48,582 bases of DNA from Gemmatimonadota bacterium (lineage in GTDB: Bacteria > Gemmatimonadota > Gemmatimonadetes > Gemmatimonadales > GWC2-71-9): the NCBI GenBank assembly GCA_039586365.1, contig JBDHKN010000025.1:1-48582 (forward strand), in the 5' to 3' direction. A program made the position numbers and the translations under genes. Below, in pieces: positions 27,349-36,577 of the stretch. The notes below the pieces were generated by a model. That model was not told where the DNA came from. It ran no database searches and was given only the letters and a program-made list of their open reading frames with translations. Numbering within the stretch: the stretch's first letter is position 1; each line of letters starts with the position of its first letter.

Positions 27349-28377
27349 CTATCTCTTCACCGTCCAAGTCTGACCTTCTGTGAGCAATCTGCTCAGATCA
27401 CTCGGCACAGTTCCGGCGCCGAGAGCCTCTGCCTGAGCATGGACGGCTTCGGCGTATGTCGGTGCCGGATTGCAGTATAGCACGCCGAGTGCGACCGGGA
27501 ATTCGGGCGTATCGAGTGAAGCCAATAATGTTGCCAGATTGCGGTTCGTCTCGTCATGGACAAGGATGTCGTCAAGCGTGATCCCGTCTTCACCGACCGT
27601 GGCGACTTCGATCTCGAGACAGCCGGATTTCATGTGCAGACCGCGGTTCCCGTCCTGTCCGAACACGAGAGGCTTGCCGTGTTCCACATAGAGCTGCTTG
27701 TCTGCGGCCACATCTTTCGCGGTGAACCTGTCGAAGGTCCCGTCATTGAAGACGACGCAGTTTTGAAAGATCTCAACGAATGATGCGCCCCTGTGCGTGC
27801 GCGCTCGCTTGAGCGTTTCGACCAAGTGATGTTGCTCTCTGTCGACCGACCGCGCGACGAAGCGGGCACCAGCTCCCAGAGCGAACGCTGCCGGCGTGAC
27901 GGGTATCTCCACGGACCCGTGAGGTGTCGAGGGAGATCGCGTGCCCTGCCTGGATGTTGGCGAGTACTGTCCCTTGGTCAAGCCGTAGATCTCGTTGTTG
28001 AACAGCACGATCTGGAGGTCCACATTGCGGCGCAGGGCGTGCAAGGTATGATTGCCGCCGATGCTGAGACTGTCTCCGTCTCCTGTCATGATCCACACAT
28101 CCAATTGCGGGTTCGCCAACTTCACGCCAGTCGCAATCGGTGCGGCGCGCCCGTGGATCGTATGGAAGCCATAGGTGGACATGTAGTATGGGAATCGCGC
28201 GGCGCACCCGATGCCCGATACGAACACAGTGTCTTCTCTCCTGACTCCCAACTCTGCGAGGGCGCGCTGCACGCTCTTGAGGATAGCATAGTCACCACAC
28301 CCCGGACACCACCGTACCTCTTGGTCGGAGGCAAAGTCCTTTGGCTGGATCCTTTCCGTAGTGGTTGCAGTCGTCAT
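27349..28377 (-). CDS. korB: 2-oxoglutarate(2-oxoacid):ferredoxin oxidoreductase beta subunit
   Basis: SDQEVRWCPGCGD, SGIGCAARFPYY, HGRA, GDGD..SIGGNH, NNEIYGLTKGQYSPT, QNCV. Confidence 0.93.
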   Translation of the reverse strand: MTTATTTERIQPKDFASDQEVRWCPGCGDYAILKSVQRALAELGVRREDTVFVSGIGCAARFPYYMSTYGFHTIHGRAAPIATGVKLANPQLDVWIMTGDGDSLSIGGNHTLHALRRNVDLQIVLFNNEIYGLTKGQYSPTSRQGTRSPSTPHGSVEIPVTPAAFALGAGARFVARSVDREQHHLVETLKRARTHRGASFVEIFQNCVVFNDGTFDRFTAKDVAADKQLYVEHGKPLVFGQDGNRGLHMKSGCLEIEVATVGEDGITLDDILVHDETNRNLATLLASLDTPEFPVALGVLYCNPAPTYAEAVHAQAEALGAGTVPSDLSRLLTEGQTWTVKR

Positions 28378-28378
28378 A

Positions 28379-30259
28379 TCAACTCTCCAGAATGGACCGG
28401 ATTCCTTGTCCCACTTCGCGAACCTTGAAGGGCTTACCCGATACCTTCGGTAGTGCGACCGCCGGTACCAAGTAGGTACTGCGCAACATGGTTGCCAACT
28501 GGCCGGTGTTCATCTCCGGAACCAGGACGTGGTCGAAGCCCAGCAAAAGATCACCGAGGTTACGCGGAAACGGGTTGAGGTACCGCAGGTGGAGATGGGA
28601 TACCTGGTGTCCCTCATCGCGCGCCTCTTTGACTGCCTGCCGGATCGGCCCATAGGTGGAACCCCAACCGACAACAGCCAAGCTCCCGGTTTCACTGCCC
28701 AAGGTCACCCCCTGTTCCGGAATATCGTTGGCTATCCCGGCGACCTTCGCAGCGCGCACCTCAGTCATCTTCTGATGGTTTTCGGGATCGTACGAGATGT
28801 GACCGGTGTCATAATCCCGTTCCAGGCCTCCGATCCTGTGCTCGAGTCCCGGAGTGCCCGGCACGGCCCAAGGGCGCGCCAACCTTTCGGGATCTCTCAG
28901 GAATGGTTGGAAACCGTCTGGATCGGTGCGGAACTGGACGGGGAACTTGGGTAGCTCTTGCACATCTGGAATCCGCCAAGGTTCGGCCGCGTTAGACAGG
29001 TATCCGTCCGTCAGTATCATCACTGGTGTCATGTATTGGGTGGCCAGGCGTACAGCCTCAATGGCTACGTCGAAGCAGTCAGTCGACGTTGCAGCCGCGA
29101 GTACCGGCAATGGGGCGTCTCCGTTTCGGCCGTAGACAGCCTGGAATAGATCGGCTTGCTCCGTTTTGGTCGGCATGCCCGTGGATGGGCCTGCTCGCTG
29201 GGCATTCACAATGACGAGCGGTAGTTCGGTCGCTATCGCGAGGCCGATCGCTTCACCCTTCAGTGCGATCCCAGGGCCTGAACTCGACGTGACCCCCAGA
29301 GATCCTGCATAGGAAGCGCCGATTGCGGCGCATACGGCGGCAATTTCATCTTCCGCCTGGAAAGTGATGACCCCGTACTGCTTGAGTCCTGCCAGAGCGT
29401 GCAGTAGGGCAGATGCGGGGGTAATGGGATACGATCCCAGCATTAGATTCAGCCCCGCAGCACGTGCTCCTGCCACGAGACCCCACGCTAGTGTCTGGGT
29501 CCCGGTTGCAGTGCGGTGCAGCCCGGATTCGACATCAGCCTCCACGATGGAGTAACCCACCGCGTAGTTAGGCATTTCGGCCGTTTCACCGAAGGCGTGT
29601 CCAGCGTTCAGCGCCGCGATGTTGGCCTCAGCGATCTCGGGTCGGCTGGCGAACTTCTGCTTCAGCCAGTCGATGGTGACTTGCCGGTCCCTGTCGTACA
29701 TCCAAAGGGTCAGGCCTAGTGTCCACATGTTGCGGCTGCGAAGAGCCTCCTTGGCGCTCAGCCCGAGGTCCTTCACGGCCTCCTGAGTCATCTTGCCAAT
29801 GTCGAGGGGGATCACCTGGAACGGAGCTAGCGAGCCGTCCTCCAGCGGATTGGTCTCCAGGCCAGCCTTGGTGAGGTTGCGCTTGGTGAAGGCGCCGGCA
29901 TCGACGATTATCGTACCGCCTACCCGAAGGTCGTCCACGTTCACTTTGAGCGCCGCTGGATTCATGGCGACCAGAACATCCAGATCGTCTCCAACCGTGT
30001 TGATGTCGGTGATGCCGAAGTGGATCTGGAATGCAGAGACTCCGAAGGTGGTTCCCGCCGGGGCCCTGATCTCAGCAGGATAGTCCGGAAACGTCGCCAG
30101 GTCGTTACCCACCATCGCCGTCTCTTGGGTGAACTGTGATCCGGTGAACTGCATGCCGTCGCCTGAGTCACCCGCAAAACGGATGACGACGGTGTCGCGA
30201 ACCTCGCGAGGTAGCTTGCCATGCAACGGCGTTGCGCGGGCTCCTTTGTCGGAAGTCAT
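28379..30259 (-). CDS. korA: 2-oxoglutarate(2-oxoacid):ferredoxin oxidoreductase alpha subunit
   Basis: RFAGDSGDGMQ, PDYPAEIRAPAG, YPITPAS, QAEDEIAA, SGPG, QRAGPSTGMPT, EHRIGGLE, EMNTGQL. Confidence 0.93.
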   Translation of the reverse strand: MTSDKGARATPLHGKLPREVRDTVVIRFAGDSGDGMQFTGSQFTQETAMVGNDLATFPDYPAEIRAPAGTTFGVSAFQIHFGITDINTVGDDLDVLVAMNPAALKVNVDDLRVGGTIIVDAGAFTKRNLTKAGLETNPLEDGSLAPFQVIPLDIGKMTQEAVKDLGLSAKEALRSRNMWTLGLTLWMYDRDRQVTIDWLKQKFASRPEIAEANIAALNAGHAFGETAEMPNYAVGYSIVEADVESGLHRTATGTQTLAWGLVAGARAAGLNLMLGSYPITPASALLHALAGLKQYGVITFQAEDEIAAVCAAIGASYAGSLGVTSSSGPGIALKGEAIGLAIATELPLVIVNAQRAGPSTGMPTKTEQADLFQAVYGRNGDAPLPVLAAATSTDCFDVAIEAVRLATQYMTPVMILTDGYLSNAAEPWRIPDVQELPKFPVQFRTDPDGFQPFLRDPERLARPWAVPGTPGLEHRIGGLERDYDTGHISYDPENHQKMTEVRAAKVAGIANDIPEQGVTLGSETGSLAVVGWGSTYGPIRQAVKEARDEGHQVSHLHLRYLNPFPRNLGDLLLGFDHVLVPEMNTGQLATMLRSTYLVPAVALPKVSGKPFKVREVGQGIRSILES

Positions 30260-30579
30260 CCTGTGTCGAGAGTCTCCTAGCCGTTAAATGAGTAACGCCC
30301 CATTCCTGCCGGGGCGGCCTGGAGAAGCTTCCCGTAAAATATCAGGTTGTACCGCTTGCGGGAGGAGAGGCAGGGAGCGGATTCCAACTGTGCGCCAGGA
30401 CCGGTAGGACGGCAACCAATCCTTGCTCGTTCGGATAGTAATCACCTGCGGATGGGGCGAGGCAGGTACGAATTGGCTTGGCGACATACCGGTGCGCCAC
30501 TCCACGTTGTTGCACGTCGGAGCGGCGGTTACGTTCTTCTGACGTGACTCTGCGGGGTCTGAATGACCAAAGGAATAGC

Positions 30580-31784
30580 ATGACAATCAATGTAGACAGA
30601 TCACGAACCTCCTTCACCGGCGCACTATTCGGCGCAATTCTGCTGCTGGGTATCCCAGCAGCCTCCCCTGGTCAACAGCCCGACTTCCCTAGTGGCGTTG
30701 CTGATTCTTCGGTTAACGCAGCTATTGAGCGGTTTGCGGCGACGCTAGCGCAGGATGTGGAACAGGATGGGGTGGGTGGGATCACAGCCGCGGTTTTCAG
30801 AGGTAGCGATCTCATATGGGCCGCAGGGTTTGGCCAGGCTGACGTGGAGCACGGTGAGAGCGCAACCGTTGAGACCATATACCGCACCGGATCCATCTCC
30901 AAGACGTTCACGGCCGTACTGTTAATGGTGCTGGTCGACAGTGGAGTGGTCCAACTCGATGACAGGGTCATTGAATACCTGCCGGAGTTTTCAGGACTGC
31001 AGGGGCCAGGCCACCAGATCAGGTCCATTACACTACGCCAGCTTGCAAGCCACACTGCCGGCCTAGTGCGAGAGCCGGAACTGGATAATGCCGCTGCCGG
31101 ACCGATTGCTCATTGGAAAGTGAAGGTCTTGGCCTCAATTCCAACGACATCCCTCAGGACCGCGCCCGGTGAGCACTACTCCTATTCCAACATCGGATTC
31201 GGTATCCTGGGCTTGACTCTGTCCCGAGCCGCTGGAAGACCTTTCATGGATTTGGTCGATGAGTTGATTTTCCGGCCCCTCGGTATGGCAACCAGCACCT
31301 TCATCATCACCGCCGACCTGGAACCGCGGCTGGCCGTAGGATACGCCAATCGATCCGATGGGACTATTGATGCAGCCGGCCCGGCTCGAGAGCACGCCGG
31401 TCGAGGCTATAAGGTTCCAAATGGCGGAGTCTACTCGACAGTCGGAGACCTCGCACGATTCGGAGCGGGTTTGACTGGTGCTTCGACAGTCGGGTTGCTT
31501 TCGCAGCAGAGCAGGGAAGAGATGCAGCGGGTTCAGACGCCCGGGGGTTCCTCATCCCAATATGGACTTGGATTGTCCGTCCGCTCTGGCGACGATGGGC
31601 TGCTGTTGCTAGGCCACGGCGGCTCCGTGGCTGGCTACACTGCCCACATGCTGTTTGAGCCGGCGTCGAAACTGGGGGTGGTGCTGCTCTTCGGAATTAC
31701 GGTCGCGGCGCGACCAACCTGAGCCAGGCGGCTACCGAGTTCCTAACCGAAGCGGTCACAGCGGGCGAACCCCGCAGGCGCTGA
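30580..31784 (+). pseudogene. Secreted serine hydrolase (beta-lactamase class C-like) with a frameshift near the C-terminus
   Basis: Signal peptide, GSISK, YSN, HGG. The annotated frame stops at 31722; the natural-looking tail RNYGRGATNLSQAATEFL...* continues in the -1 frame from 31692 to TGA 31784. This could be a sequence error. Confidence 0.7.
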
Positions 31785-31875
31785 TCCGCTCTGCTGCTTG
31801 AGTTTGCCGGAACTGTCTGGGTGATAGGGAACGCAGTCAGCCATCGGGTTTGCCGTCCGGCTCTGCCTGTTTCCA

Positions 31876-31955
31876 CATGTGATGTTGATTGTCGTATAAT
31901 CGCTGTAAGTAATTGCAATTGAAAGTATTAAGATGTTGACATGAACCATCACATG
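31876..31955. repeat. 80-bp AT-rich dyad-symmetric element
   Basis: CATGTGATG...CATCACATG terminal inverted repeat centred exactly on the palindrome AATTGCAATT; 27/80 GC. Confidence 0.6.
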
Positions 31956-32001
31956 AAGCGTTGCGGCTTCTTGTTGGCACCCCATATTATCGTCGCAGGT
32001 A

Positions 32002-33165
32002 CTACTTTAGGCCAATGGAGTGTTTGGTCACCAAGTCCCAGTAGGTTGGGTAACCCCCGCTCGAGTACTCATCCGCGAAACTGGACACCGTCTGCATTAG
32101 CTGAGTGCTGCGGTAGCCAGGCATGTACTGAGGATGTACTCTCCCGAAGCCCCGGTTGAAGTAGCTGCGTATGATGACACTGCGGTCGTCCCGCGGGAGG
32201 CGCAGCATATTCTCGCTGAAGCGGTCGAAGCTGCCCTGTCGCATCAGGTAGAACTCCACGTTCGACGTGTATAATGCGGACAGCTTGAGGCCTCTCTCGG
32301 TCAAGAAGCTTCCGACGGCAGCCAACGCGTGTTCCCCGCCGAGATCTCCCACGACTGGAACCACCAAGTCTGTGTCTTCTAGCGACTTCACATACTGGAA
32401 GCTGGTCTCGCTGGCCAGGTAACTGGTCAGCTGACCGGAGAGGTCCTGCTCCAGCAGTAGTTGCTCCAGGGTGGGGTAGTCCGGCAGAGGGGGCCTGTTG
32501 AAGCTGTGGAAGCGGAGGCCCAGGCCCGCCTCAACGTATGCCCGATGAAACCGGCGTATCGTAGCAGAGTCCCCCTCGCTGAGCGGTAGGCCGAAGCTGC
32601 TGACGCTGTTCCATATAGCGTCGCCGATAGCTGTATTACGCTCTGCGTCAGCTGGGGGGCCGTCCACGTGAGCCACCAGAGCATCGATTGGTTGATCGCC
32701 CCAAGCGGCTGGGTTGTCGGGCAGTGGGCGTCCCAGCCACAGGCTGAGGTACTCGATGCGGTTTTGCGAAAGTGCGAATAGGGCTTTGAACAGCAAGTGC
32801 TGTAGCAGATTGTCTCGCCTGATGTCGATGATGAACGCGATCGCTGGTCGGACCTGAGCGATATACGAGAAGTTCTGGTCTGGCCCGACTCCGATATAGG
32901 CACCACCGCGCACGCCTAGCCGTTCCAGCTCTCCCATTACGTGGAGATAGGAGCGTTCGTTTGAGATGAGATTGTCGGTATCGAAATAGCCGGCTGGCTC
33001 TGAAAGCCGCTCGATGAGTGCGGCAAAGCTCTTCGAGTCTTGCCGGCCCCGTGCGTCAACCGATTGCCTAGTGGCGGGGTCCTGTTCCCGAGCAGATTGA
33101 CCGCTGCAGGCCCACACACCCACGGTGAGAAAGGCCGCTAGTGGATGGATGAATCTCCTAGGCAT
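32002..33165 (-). CDS. Uncharacterised lipoprotein
   Basis: Long ORF with lipobox VWAC; motif-like segments YFDTDNLISNE, YIGVGPDQNFSYI, DIRRDN, VVGDLGG, YTSNVEFYL. Confidence 0.8.
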   Translation of the reverse strand: MPRRFIHPLAAFLTVGVWACSGQSAREQDPATRQSVDARGRQDSKSFAALIERLSEPAGYFDTDNLISNERSYLHVMGELERLGVRGGAYIGVGPDQNFSYIAQVRPAIAFIIDIRRDNLLQHLLFKALFALSQNRIEYLSLWLGRPLPDNPAAWGDQPIDALVAHVDGPPADAERNTAIGDAIWNSVSSFGLPLSEGDSATIRRFHRAYVEAGLGLRFHSFNRPPLPDYPTLEQLLLEQDLSGQLTSYLASETSFQYVKSLEDTDLVVPVVGDLGGEHALAAVGSFLTERGLKLSALYTSNVEFYLMRQGSFDRFSENMLRLPRDDRSVIIRSYFNRGFGRVHPQYMPGYRSTQLMQTVSSFADEYSSGGYPTYWDLVTKHSIGLK

Positions 33166-33240
33166 GACGTGGTCCCATCGATCCGTCCGAAGGTGGCCCG
33201 TGGCCAGTTACTTGGTTTGCACGTCTGCCTGCACCTCCAC

Positions 33241-33275
33241 CCTTTACTGGCCGTTACCGCCCTTTACCGCCCTTC
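33241..33275 (-). repeat. Decamer tandem repeat
   Basis: CCTTTACTGG CCGTTACCGC CCTTTACCGC CCTTC abuts the stop codon of the lyase gene. Confidence 0.65.
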
Positions 33276-34430
33276 TTACTCGAGCGCCTGCGCGAAGTCC
33301 GCGACAATGTCATCCGTGTGCTCGATCCCGACGGATACACGGATGAGCCCGTCCGAGATCCCAACGCGTGCGCGCTCCTCCGGGCTGAGTCCCGAGTGGG
33401 AAGTAGTGGCGGGTCGGGTGAGCAGTGTCTCGACGCCACCTAAGCTGGGAGCAATGATAGGTAGCCGGGTCTTGCCCATGAATCGTTCGGCGGCGTCCAC
33501 CGCACCTCGGACCTCGAAGCTCAACATCCCGCCGAATCCGTCGAACATCTCGCTTGCGACCGCATGCCCCGGATGACGGGGGAGTCCAGGGTAGTTGACC
33601 TGCCTGACTGCGGGATGGTCTTGCAGGAACGATGCGATGGCGTGAGCGCTTTTGTTCTGATAATCGACGCGGACGGCGAGGGTCTTCACCCCCCGGTGCA
33701 GCAGGAAGCAAGCGTGTGGGTCCAGGGTCCCGCCCAGGTGGTTGAGCCGGTGTGTGATCTCTCTGATCAAGTCAGCGCGCCCTATCACGGCGCCGGCCAC
33801 CAGGTCAGAGTGCCCATTTAGGTACTTGGTGCAGCTGTGAAAGGAGAGGTCGAAGCTCCATTCGGCCGGCCGGAAATTGACAGGACTGGCGAAGGTGTTG
33901 TCGATCAGGGTGATGAGACCGTGTGCCTTGGCGAACTCGACCACAGCCGTGAGGTTCGGTACGTCCATCAGCGGATTCGCGATCGTCTCGACGTACATGA
34001 GCTTCGTGTTGGACCGCACCAAGGGCTCCCAGGAGCCCGGATCGCTGGCGTCAAAGAAATCGTAAGAGATCCCGAAGTCACCCAGATCCTTGGTTACGAG
34101 ATCGTGAGTCCCACCGTAGAGGCAATTCTGAGCGAGTAGGTGGTCTCCCGCGGATAGAATCGTCAGCAGCGTCGTCGATATGGCTGCCATGCCACTGGAC
34201 GTGACCAGCGCATCTTCGGCGTTCTCCAGTGCTGCGAGTTTTCGATGCAGCGCGATGTGGTTCGGAGTGTTGTTCAACCGGATGTATTTGATGTCGTGGT
34301 AACTCTTCTCACCCTTGTACTCGAACATGGCCGACTGGAAGATCGGCATGGCGACCGCGCCGGCGATGCGTGGATCGGGTTCTCCGGCATGAACCAGTTT
34401 GGTCCGGATGTTATTGGACTCGACAGTCAT
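33276..34430 (-). CDS. Cys/Met metabolism PLP enzyme (cystathionine gamma-lyase/synthase or methionine gamma-lyase family)
   Basis: YIRLNNTPN, SSGMAAI, LYGGT, ETIANP, DNTFASP, SCTKYLNGHSD, SLGGVETL, IRVSVGIE. Confidence 0.92.
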   Translation of the reverse strand: MTVESNNIRTKLVHAGEPDPRIAGAVAMPIFQSAMFEYKGEKSYHDIKYIRLNNTPNHIALHRKLAALENAEDALVTSSGMAAISTTLLTILSAGDHLLAQNCLYGGTHDLVTKDLGDFGISYDFFDASDPGSWEPLVRSNTKLMYVETIANPLMDVPNLTAVVEFAKAHGLITLIDNTFASPVNFRPAEWSFDLSFHSCTKYLNGHSDLVAGAVIGRADLIREITHRLNHLGGTLDPHACFLLHRGVKTLAVRVDYQNKSAHAIASFLQDHPAVRQVNYPGLPRHPGHAVASEMFDGFGGMLSFEVRGAVDAAERFMGKTRLPIIAPSLGGVETLLTRPATTSHSGLSPEERARVGISDGLIRVSVGIEHTDDIVADFAQALE

Positions 34431-34600
34431 CAACGGGTTTCCTTGAGGCGAATGGGGTGGCATGCGGGATTCGAGAGACCGCAATCTAATCGATCTGGCG
34501 TGCCTCTGTGAGCGAGCCGTAATAGGCTGCCAGTACGACTATTGGCAGATTACCTTGAATCAGCGCGATCCCACATTGGTGGCAACCCAGGGAGCTCTCC

Positions 34601-35656
34601 ATGACTTGGCGTGGTGTGATCGAGGAATACCGCAAACGGCTCCCGATCGAGCCCGAGCTGGAAGCGATCACACTACTGGAAGGCAACACACCTCTCGTTG
34701 AGGCGGGCAGACTCGCGACGAGAATAGAGTTCGACGGGCGACTCTACCTCAAGTGTGAAGGGCTCAATCCCACAGGCTCGTTCAAAGACCGGGGCATGAC
34801 GGTGGCGATTTCGGCCGCCGCTCACACCGGCGTTGAGACCGTCATCTGTGCGTCCACCGGCAACACATCTGCTTCGGCAGCCGCGTACGCAGCCAGGGCA
34901 GGGATGAGGGCTTTCGTCGTAGTACCCGAAGGCAGGATCGCTCTGGGGAAGCTCAGCCAAGCGGTGGTACACGGCGCGACAGTGGTTTCGATTGCGGGGG
35001 GGTTCGATGAAGCGCTGCAGATCGTCGCTGAGATTGCCAACCAGTCTGACGTTGTGGTGGTGAATTCCATCAACCCGTATAGGCTGCAAGGACAGAAAAC
35101 TGCTGCGTTTGAGATTTGTGACGTTCTAGGAGGGGCGCCGACCTATCATTTCCTCCCGGTGGGAAACGCAGGCAATATCACAGCCTACTGGATGGGTTAT
35201 CGTGAGTATCGCGACACGGGAGTGACTAACTCTGCACCCCGCATGATGGGATTTCAGGCCGAGGGAGCCGCCCCCATAGTTTTGGGGCAGGTTGTGGGCA
35301 AGCCGACGACCGTAGCCAGCGCCATCCGAATAGGGAATCCGGCCAGTTGGCGGAGCGCGGAAGCTGCCAGAGACGAATCGGGCGGTGTTATCGGTTCCGT
35401 GACAGACCGTGAGATCCTCGATTCATATCGGTTGCTGGCGACAACTGTAGGGGCCTTTGCCGAACCTGCCTCTGCCGCATCGATTGCGGGGCTCAGGAGG
35501 CTGGTGATTGAAGGCCGCATCGAGCAGGGAGCGGTCGTTGTCTGTACGCTCACTGGCCACGGGCTGAAGGACCCGGCTACCGCCACCGATGAGTCACCTC
35601 CGGCCATCAAGACTCGCGCCGATGCAGACGAGGTGAGGAGGGTACTGGACATCTGA
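34601..35656 (+). CDS. thrC: Threonine synthase
   Basis: EGNTPL, EGLNPTGSFKDRG, CASTGNTSAS, NSINPYRLQGQKT, PVGNAGN, EPASA, TGHGLKDP. Confidence 0.95.
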   Translation: MTWRGVIEEYRKRLPIEPELEAITLLEGNTPLVEAGRLATRIEFDGRLYLKCEGLNPTGSFKDRGMTVAISAAAHTGVETVICASTGNTSASAAAYAARAGMRAFVVVPEGRIALGKLSQAVVHGATVVSIAGGFDEALQIVAEIANQSDVVVVNSINPYRLQGQKTAAFEICDVLGGAPTYHFLPVGNAGNITAYWMGYREYRDTGVTNSAPRMMGFQAEGAAPIVLGQVVGKPTTVASAIRIGNPASWRSAEAARDESGGVIGSVTDREILDSYRLLATTVGAFAEPASAASIAGLRRLVIEGRIEQGAVVVCTLTGHGLKDPATATDESPPAIKTRADADEVRRVLDI

Positions 35657-35672
35657 GCGATTGAGGAGTGTG

Positions 35673-36476
35673 ATGAAACTCGCCGTGTGTGAAGCGTCCG
35701 CCGGTATGGTGCCAGGTGACGCAGGCTGGAAAAGATTGGTCGAGTGTGCCAAGAAACTCAAAGCTGACATTCTCCTGCTGAACGAGATGCCGTTTGGTCG
35801 ATGGGTGTCGGCTGGACCTGAGCCAGACGTGGACCAGCTGGATGAATGCCACAAGCTGCATGACGCTGGGTTCGAGCATCTCGCCGAGTTGGGTGCGAGA
35901 GCTGTGTTGGGGACCAGACCCACGTTTGAGCGCCAAAGAAGCGTTAATATGGCGTTCATCTGGACGAGGGAGTCCGGGTTCAGGGCTGTTCACACGAAGC
36001 AATTCTTCCCCGACGAGGAGGGGTACTACGAGGCGCGCTGGTTTGAGCGCGGAGACTTGAGGTTCCAGCAGGCCGAGTTCCAAGGCCTGCAAGTGGGATT
36101 CCTCACTTGCACGGACGTGATGTTCCCCGAGTGGGCGAGATACTATGGTCGCCGCGGTGCTCACCTGATAGCCGTTCCCCGCGCGACTCCGCGCCCGTCT
36201 TTGGAACGGTGGAAGACCGTGATGGCAGCTTCGGCGATCATATCGGGCTGCTATGTCGCGAGTTCCAACCGCAACGGTGTGGACAGCCACGGTCAGGAGT
36301 TTGGTGGCAGGGGATGGATCTTCGGCCCCGCGGGCGATTTGATTGCTGAGACATCTGAGAAGCAACCAGTTGTCGCCGCAGAAATCGACTTGAGCCTGGT
36401 TGAGCAGGCCAAGGTCGGATATCCGAGTTATGTGAGAGAGCTGCCAGTGGCAGAAATCGTGGGTCTGTTGCAGTAA
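35673..36476 (+). CDS. Carbon-nitrogen hydrolase (nitrilase superfamily amidase)
   Basis: Triad E (LLNEMP), K (HTKQFFP), C (LTCTDVMFPE); GAGGAG SD before ATG 35673. Confidence 0.9.
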   Translation: MKLAVCEASAGMVPGDAGWKRLVECAKKLKADILLLNEMPFGRWVSAGPEPDVDQLDECHKLHDAGFEHLAELGARAVLGTRPTFERQRSVNMAFIWTRESGFRAVHTKQFFPDEEGYYEARWFERGDLRFQQAEFQGLQVGFLTCTDVMFPEWARYYGRRGAHLIAVPRATPRPSLERWKTVMAASAIISGCYVASSNRNGVDSHGQEFGGRGWIFGPAGDLIAETSEKQPVVAAEIDLSLVEQAKVGYPSYVRELPVAEIVGLLQ

Positions 36477-36528
36477 CGGCAAGGACAGTAGGGAGAGGAC
36501 GTGAAGTCCTTTCCCCATTGCCCTGCCG
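36477..36528. terminator. Long imperfect hairpin between convergent genes
   Basis: CGGCAAGGACAGTAGGGAGAGGAC-GTGAA-GTCCTTTCCCCATTGCCCTGCCG. Confidence 0.55.
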
Positions 36529-36577
36529 CCACCTCTTAGATACTCAATCCTGGCTCATAGAGCCCGGCTGGAGGCAA

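Noticed and set aside
31889..31916. dif/Xer-like site (TTGTCGTATAA arm)
   Set aside because: There is no TTATGTTAAAT-like XerD arm at 6-bp spacing.
34431..34600. SAM riboswitch or T-box between the Cys/Met lyase and thrC
   Set aside because: Only a small hairpin (CTGCCAGTA-CGAC-TATTGGCAG); conserved cores are absent.
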